Below, one piece after another: positions 6,795-10,775 of a stretch of 10,775 nucleotides of DNA (the stretch's first letter is position 1; the number at the start of each line of letters is the position of its first letter). This DNA comes from a virus (Duplodnaviria > Heunggongvirae > Uroviricota > Caudoviricetes): IMG/VR virus record IMGVR_UViG_3300047470_000520, one strand, 5' to 3'. Made by a program: the position numbers and the translations under genes. The notes below the pieces were generated by a model. The model saw nothing but the letters and a program-made list of their open reading frames with translations, made no database searches and was not told where the DNA came from.

Positions 6795-6822
6795 ATGTTA
6801 TAGGAGTGTTAGTTACTTTCAA
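6795..6822 (-). promoter_or_regulatory. Candidate sigma70 promoter for the - strand gene block
   Basis: On the - strand, TTGAAA (6822-6817) - 16 nt - TAACAT (6800-6795), in the AT-rich divergent intergenic region 6756-6900. Confidence 0.35.
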
Positions 6823-6900
6823 AGAGCATATCTGCTTATCATTAAGGTTGTGCTGTAATAGCGATGATTACTTTCAGCCCTATTATTAAGAGCTTGAGTC

Positions 6901-7272
6901 ATGGGAATGTTGTTTGCGTTAATTTTTTTTGTTGGCCTGATTCATTTCGTGGCTTTTATCTTCTGGGCTGCGTGCGGTGCGTTGATGCTGATGATTGCCG
7001 GACAGAGAAAGCCATTAAAAATGTGGATTCTGGGATTTTTCGCCTGGTTAATTGTGTTCGCCGGAATATTCCTGTTCTTTAAAACGGTTGCGGCTATGCC
7101 GATGATGGAGTTTTATCTTAGGGTCGGTGCGGCAATGATGGAGGCGTCTCAATATTTCGGCTGCATGGTTGAATTCGGCCCGAAGATTATGTCTCTTACG
7201 CCAGGACTTTGTAAGCCGGGGCTTTTTTTGAAATGCTTAATCGCAGGGCCAGAGCTCGGCACACCAGTATAG
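6901..7272 (+). CDS. Hypothetical membrane protein (2-3 TM)
   Basis: Strongly hydrophobic N-terminal 60 aa; three Cys in the C-terminal part; divergent from 5862..6755. Confidence 0.75.
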   Translation: MGMLFALIFFVGLIHFVAFIFWAACGALMLMIAGQRKPLKMWILGFFAWLIVFAGIFLFFKTVAAMPMMEFYLRVGAAMMEASQYFGCMVEFGPKIMSLTPGLCKPGLFLKCLIAGPELGTPV

Positions 7273-7298
7273 ATAATTGATTATTCGGAGTTGAAGTT

Positions 7299-7553
7299 AT
7301 GTTGATGATTCAGTGGGTTTTCGTATTTGGACTGACTTGGTGGTGGGTAATCTCAATATTGGCTTACAAGCAGGTAACGCAACTCTGGAGGAAAATAGTT
7401 CTGGTTGTTTTGTGGATTGTTATCCTTCCGATTTCTTTGCTACTGCTCGTCGATACCTTGAGATTGACAGACCATGCCTTTGAAATTGGGTTCTTCGCGC
7501 CTCCAATCACAGGCGTTCAATTATGCGCTGACTCCCCGCCTGCTGATTTTTGA
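7299..7553 (+). CDS. Hypothetical 2-TM membrane protein, Trp-rich
   Basis: GGAG at 7287-7290, 8 nt before ATG. Two hydrophobic helices separated by a basic loop (YKQVTQLWRK). Confidence 0.75.
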   Translation: MLMIQWVFVFGLTWWWVISILAYKQVTQLWRKIVLVVLWIVILPISLLLLVDTLRLTDHAFEIGFFAPPITGVQLCADSPPADF

Positions 7554-7563
7554 CTGAGTAGAC

Positions 7564-7640
7564 TTGAATATTTGTCAAGGAAGGCTTGATAACTGTCAAT
7601 ATAGCAATTATATTTATGGTTCATTTTGACATGACGTCAC
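7564..7640. repeat. Three related imperfect palindromes (operator-like)
   Basis: TTGAA-N5-GTCAA (7564-7578), TTGAT-N4-GTCAA (7586-7599), TTGAC-N5-GTCAC (7626-7640). Confidence 0.6.
7586..7614 (+). promoter_or_regulatory. Near-consensus sigma70 promoter for the 7655-10775 operon
   Basis: TTGATA (7586-7591) - 17 nt - TATATT (7609-7614); each hexamer is 5/6 consensus. SD AGGA at 7642-7645 precedes ATG 7655. Confidence 0.75.
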
Positions 7641-7654
7641 CAGGAACCTAAGCC

Positions 7655-8851
7655 ATGCCATCGACTTCCCCGCTGATTTTGTCGCCTCAGGCCTTCGCTG
7701 CTGCACGGGCGAATTTCATTGCGTTCTACCGCACCCAAGGGTGGCAAGAGCTGAACGATGACAACGTCGACGTGCTCGAACTTGACGGCAGGCTGGGCGA
7801 GATGTGGCAGGGCTGGCTGGATCGCACGACCCTGGTCAACCTGCAGGCCATCGAAGGCCCGAGTGACGTCAACGACTGGTTCCTCTCGCTGGAGAGTGGG
7901 CGCCAGCAGGTGCTGGTTGAGGACAAGTGGATGTTGGCCAATGCCGCGTATGCCGCAGGCCTGAACAAGCACGTCAATCAGGCAGTGGTCGATATTGCGT
8001 CGGCGGTCGGCACTTCGGTGGTTGTCCAAACCCCGATTGAGGCTTCGCAAAATGAAGCCTTGAAGCTGCGGATCGCGCACCTCGAGAAAGTCCTGGGGGA
8101 TGTCCAACAAGATCTCATGGACATGGGCAACCTGAAAGCGGACAACCTTGCCGCACGTATCTCCGACCTTGTCGAAGACACTCAGTCCTATGTGCCCACC
8201 CTGCTGATGCCGCCAGAAATGGTGTGCGATGACGGCTATCCAAGTGAAGACATGATGGAAGCCAACGCCTTCAACCGCTGCATCGCCAAGATCGCGGCCA
8301 TGAACGGGCACCTGAAAACCGATTTCGTGACCAACGCCAGCGCCAGCAACCCGACGTGGCCCAAACTGCGCCAGAAGGCCAAGGTTGGCCCCACCATCTT
8401 CTCGGCGGGTGTATCGAGCCGGTTGGTCATTGCAGCGGCAGAACGCGCTTATGAATACAGCCAGAATCCTCTTGTCGAAGGCGAGCGCCTGCAACGTCTG
8501 GGAGCCTTCCTCAACAATATCCATGGCGGTCTTGCTGCTGACGCAGTAGGCCAAGAAACTGCACCAGAAAAAATCAAGGCCCTGCTGTGGAATGAGCTGA
8601 CGCCGGGTGAATACTGGGCGTTTCCAATGCGTGAAGCCAACATTGAACGTGATTCCGGTGCAGAACATGCTTACGTCTTCGGCACCCAAGGCGAACTGTC
8701 GATTCAGCACGCTGGTGGTACGGCGCCACTCGATGACCAATTCGAGAGCTACCAGTTTGTGAAGGGCGAGCGCGTGCAGCGTGATGACGTTGCGTTTCAT
8801 CCGACCTATTTCGTCTCGGGACGGGCGAAGCCAACTTCGGAGTCCAACTAA
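7655..8851 (+). CDS. Mosaic phage accessory-like protein (398 aa; Ead/Ea22-like modules, coiled coil) with C-terminal LLWNELxPGxYW domain
   Basis: High GC with Pseudomonas-like codon use (40/60 GC in 7801-7860); promoter and SD upstream. Modules: MWQGW; DWFLSL...EDKWMLANAAYAAG; heptad segment; AFNRCIAKIAAMN; WPKL...AKVG.TIF..GVS; WNEL domain from about 8573. Confidence 0.88.
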   Translation: MPSTSPLILSPQAFAAARANFIAFYRTQGWQELNDDNVDVLELDGRLGEMWQGWLDRTTLVNLQAIEGPSDVNDWFLSLESGRQQVLVEDKWMLANAAYAAGLNKHVNQAVVDIASAVGTSVVVQTPIEASQNEALKLRIAHLEKVLGDVQQDLMDMGNLKADNLAARISDLVEDTQSYVPTLLMPPEMVCDDGYPSEDMMEANAFNRCIAKIAAMNGHLKTDFVTNASASNPTWPKLRQKAKVGPTIFSAGVSSRLVIAAAERAYEYSQNPLVEGERLQRLGAFLNNIHGGLAADAVGQETAPEKIKALLWNELTPGEYWAFPMREANIERDSGAEHAYVFGTQGELSIQHAGGTAPLDDQFESYQFVKGERVQRDDVAFHPTYFVSGRAKPTSESN

Positions 8852-9324
8852 TGAGTAGCCCGTTAGCGTCCCTGATTCCACTCGGCATCGAACTCAAGGC
8901 CTGGGCCGTGACGGTGTCGGGTTACGGCACGGTGCTTGAAGTCGACCATCGCCAGGCTATGAAAGAGGCCAAGCACTTCGAAGGGCGAGGACGTGATGTC
9001 ATCGTTACCGAACTTGGCCCCTTGCCAGCGCCAGCACCTGAAAAGTCGCTGCTCTGGAACGAGCTGAAGCCTGGTCGTTACTGGGCCTATCAGGTCGATG
9101 ATCCCGAACCCGACACGGATGAAGAGACCGAGCTGGCCACTGTGATTCTTCGCCAAGGTCAGCTTTGGATTGCCTTCGATGATGATAATCACATGTCACT
9201 CAACGCATCGTGGAGCCATTACCAGTTTGTTCCCTGCAAGCCACTCAGACGGTCTGCCATCGAATTTCAGCAGACAGGTCGAGTAATCGGCGCTGAGAAC
9301 AGCGGAGAGGATGCTGGCGAATGA
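8851..9324 (+). CDS. Hypothetical protein with C-terminal LLWNELxPGxYW domain
   Basis: TAATG overlap with the upstream stop. LLWNELKPGRYW at 9049-9084; YQFVPC at 9220-9237. Confidence 0.88.
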   Translation: MSSPLASLIPLGIELKAWAVTVSGYGTVLEVDHRQAMKEAKHFEGRGRDVIVTELGPLPAPAPEKSLLWNELKPGRYWAYQVDDPEPDTDEETELATVILRQGQLWIAFDDDNHMSLNASWSHYQFVPCKPLRRSAIEFQQTGRVIGAENSGEDAGE

Positions 9325-9827
9325 CTGAAACTTCGATTAAAGCGCTTCTGTGGAATGAGCTGGTGCCCGGTAACTACTGGGTCTATCCGGTGGGTGATTC
9401 TGACGCCTGGTCTGGTACAGATAGCCAGTTTGTGACAGTGATCCACTGGAAGGGTGGGCTGTGGCTTACGTGCGACGATCTGCTGGAGGCGGTTAACGAA
9501 GCCTGGGAAACGTGTCAGTTCGTCCCGTGCCGACGTCCGCCGCAAGCGGATGTTGAGTTTCAGAGTATGCCCAGTATCGAACCGGTGGTGGCCAACGACG
9601 ATGTGCTGATGTCCGGTATTTACGTCGTCACCGCTGCGCAAAAAGCGTGGCTGGCCAGCACGCAATCGGTGGTGGCTACGAAGGCGCAGCCCTTGATCAA
9701 TTCGCTGCTCTATCGAATCGAAAACCAGGCCGGCGAACCGCTGAGTGAATGGCGCTCGCTCGAAGCGCTTGCAATCACCGAGGCGATGTCTAGTGTTGTC
9801 CAAACCCAACTGTTGTCTGAGGTTTAG
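9321..9827 (+). CDS. Hypothetical protein with N-terminal LLWNELxPGxYW domain
   Basis: ATGA overlap with the upstream gene. LLWNELVPGNYW at 9345-9380; CQFVPC at 9513-9530. Confidence 0.88.
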   Translation: MTETSIKALLWNELVPGNYWVYPVGDSDAWSGTDSQFVTVIHWKGGLWLTCDDLLEAVNEAWETCQFVPCRRPPQADVEFQSMPSIEPVVANDDVLMSGIYVVTAAQKAWLASTQSVVATKAQPLINSLLYRIENQAGEPLSEWRSLEALAITEAMSSVVQTQLLSEV

Positions 9828-10436
9828 ATGAGCAACGAATACCGGGATGAGGAAATTGCGCAGAGCATGGCCCGATTTGAATTGATCGGTGATCGTGCCA
9901 TGAGGCGAGCCGAAGCGCTTAGCCTGTCCGATCAGGTCGAGTTCTACAAAGAACGCGTGATCCAAATGCGCCACGTACTCATCCAGGCAACGCCGATTGT
10001 AGAAGACTTCGACAGGGAAAATTCAGAGCTAGGTGGGAAGTACCTGTCTGACGACCTCAGAGCCTTGAGTGATCTGAGCATGAGTGCCATTCGGTGTCTG
10101 TATTTCCCGTCGAGAAACCTTTCGGAAAATAACCTGCGAGAAGGACTCTCTCAGCAAGAGCTCTGGGACGCCTGTCTCGACAGGGTTTTGGCAATGAACC
10201 GAGGCTTTGGCGTAAGCACCAGTGGCATGGAGAAGGTGAGCGGGGCTCCAGAAGATCGATTCCAATACGGAAAAGTGGCTCACGACCCGCTCAGAACACC
10301 GATCATTCCGCCAAAAAGCTTCATGTACCGTGTATTGGCCAAGCTTGTCGGCGCCAAGCGGCTCAAGAAATTCGTCAACCATAACTGCGACATTCACCAG
10401 CCTGGTTGGCTCGTCAAGGATGTCCTAGATGATTAA
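9828..10436 (+). CDS. Hypothetical phage accessory-like protein (202 aa)
   Basis: ATG abuts the upstream TAG; GAGG just upstream. Contains LWDACLDRVLAMN, similar to AFNRCIAKIAAMN in 7655..8851. Confidence 0.85.
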   Translation: MSNEYRDEEIAQSMARFELIGDRAMRRAEALSLSDQVEFYKERVIQMRHVLIQATPIVEDFDRENSELGGKYLSDDLRALSDLSMSAIRCLYFPSRNLSENNLREGLSQQELWDACLDRVLAMNRGFGVSTSGMEKVSGAPEDRFQYGKVAHDPLRTPIIPPKSFMYRVLAKLVGAKRLKKFVNHNCDIHQPGWLVKDVLDD

Positions 10437-10551
10437 TCCCATCAGGGTCTTCGCCTACAGTGCCTTCATCATTTTTTGCGGCTTGGTGATCGTGGCCATT
10501 TACCAGGCCAGTGCACCGCCGATCAAAAAGTGGTGGAGTGCAAAACGATGA
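10429..10551 (+). CDS. Small single-TM protein (40 aa), absent from the ORF track
   Basis: MINPIRVFAYSAFIIFCGLVIVAIYQASAPPIKKWWSAKR. SD AAGGA at 10416-10420. Overlaps the upstream stop by 8 nt, and its TGA overlaps ATG 10548 (ATGA). Confidence 0.75.
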   Translation: MINPIRVFAYSAFIIFCGLVIVAIYQASAPPIKKWWSAKR

Positions 10552-10775
10552 GCATTCCGTACGCACCACTCTGGGCCTACCTGTATCCAGCAATTTTGTT
10601 GGGCGGGGTGTCGACGATCATGCTCATCACCTTGTGGTGGACTGACGCCAGTCGGCCCGGCGCAGTACGACGACGCCTCAATAAATACAAGTATCTCAAG
10701 CTGCTCGACGACTACAGGACGGGTCAGGATTACTCTCGTCCGTTCTCTCGATATATCAGGCTGAAAACGCGATGA
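10548..10775 (+). CDS. Small single-TM protein with basic C-terminal tail (75 aa); start moved from 10476 to ATG 10548
   Basis: ATGA coupling with the 40-aa ORF; GGAG at 10535-10538. Hydrophobic YLYPAILLGGVSTIMLITLWW followed by an R/K/Y-rich tail. Ends in ATGA again, suggesting a coupled gene beyond the window. Confidence 0.75.
   Translation: MSIPYAPLWAYLYPAILLGGVSTIMLITLWWTDASRPGAVRRRLNKYKYLKLLDDYRTGQDYSRPFSRYIRLKTR

Noticed and set aside
7637-8881. 414-aa antisense ORF spanning the 398-aa gene
   Set aside because: It is codon-aligned with the sense gene. Antisense stops need TTA/CTA/TCA sense codons, which are rare in high-GC genes. It has no SD or motif, and the sense frame has the promoter, coupling and shared domains.
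8573-9400. Repeated DNA as a CRISPR array or DGR template/variable repeat
   Set aside because: The repeats are short, in-frame, irregularly spaced and differ mostly at synonymous positions. There is no adenine-specific pattern and no reverse transcriptase in the window.
9267-10397. Antisense ORFs 9267..9974 and 10029..10397
   Set aside because: Shadows of the coupled + strand operon; no independent support.

Overview
Accessory region of a mobile element, most likely a Pseudomonas-like megaplasmid, ICE or prophage. This is inferred from gene content; no replication, integrase or virion hallmark gene is present. There are three blocks. (1) A + strand run of small phage-like hypothetical genes (<1-2066). 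(2) A - strand block: two tandem paralogues resembling catalytically degenerate DotL/TrbC-type coupling-protein ATPase domains, an NYN + OST-HTH/LOTUS RNase, two 2-TM proteins and an exported protein (6755->3117), followed by a separately transcribed tandem winged-helix gene (2822->2220). (3) A + strand block: two AT-richer membrane genes, then a near-consensus sigma70 promoter with three TTGA..GTCA palindromes ahead of a translationally coupled operon. Three consecutive genes of that operon share an unrecognised ~75-aa LLWNELxPGxYW domain. Only the NYN-LOTUS protein is confidently assignable. No tRNA, rRNA, CRISPR array or transposase was seen. All family calls are by motif recognition from memory, not database searches.
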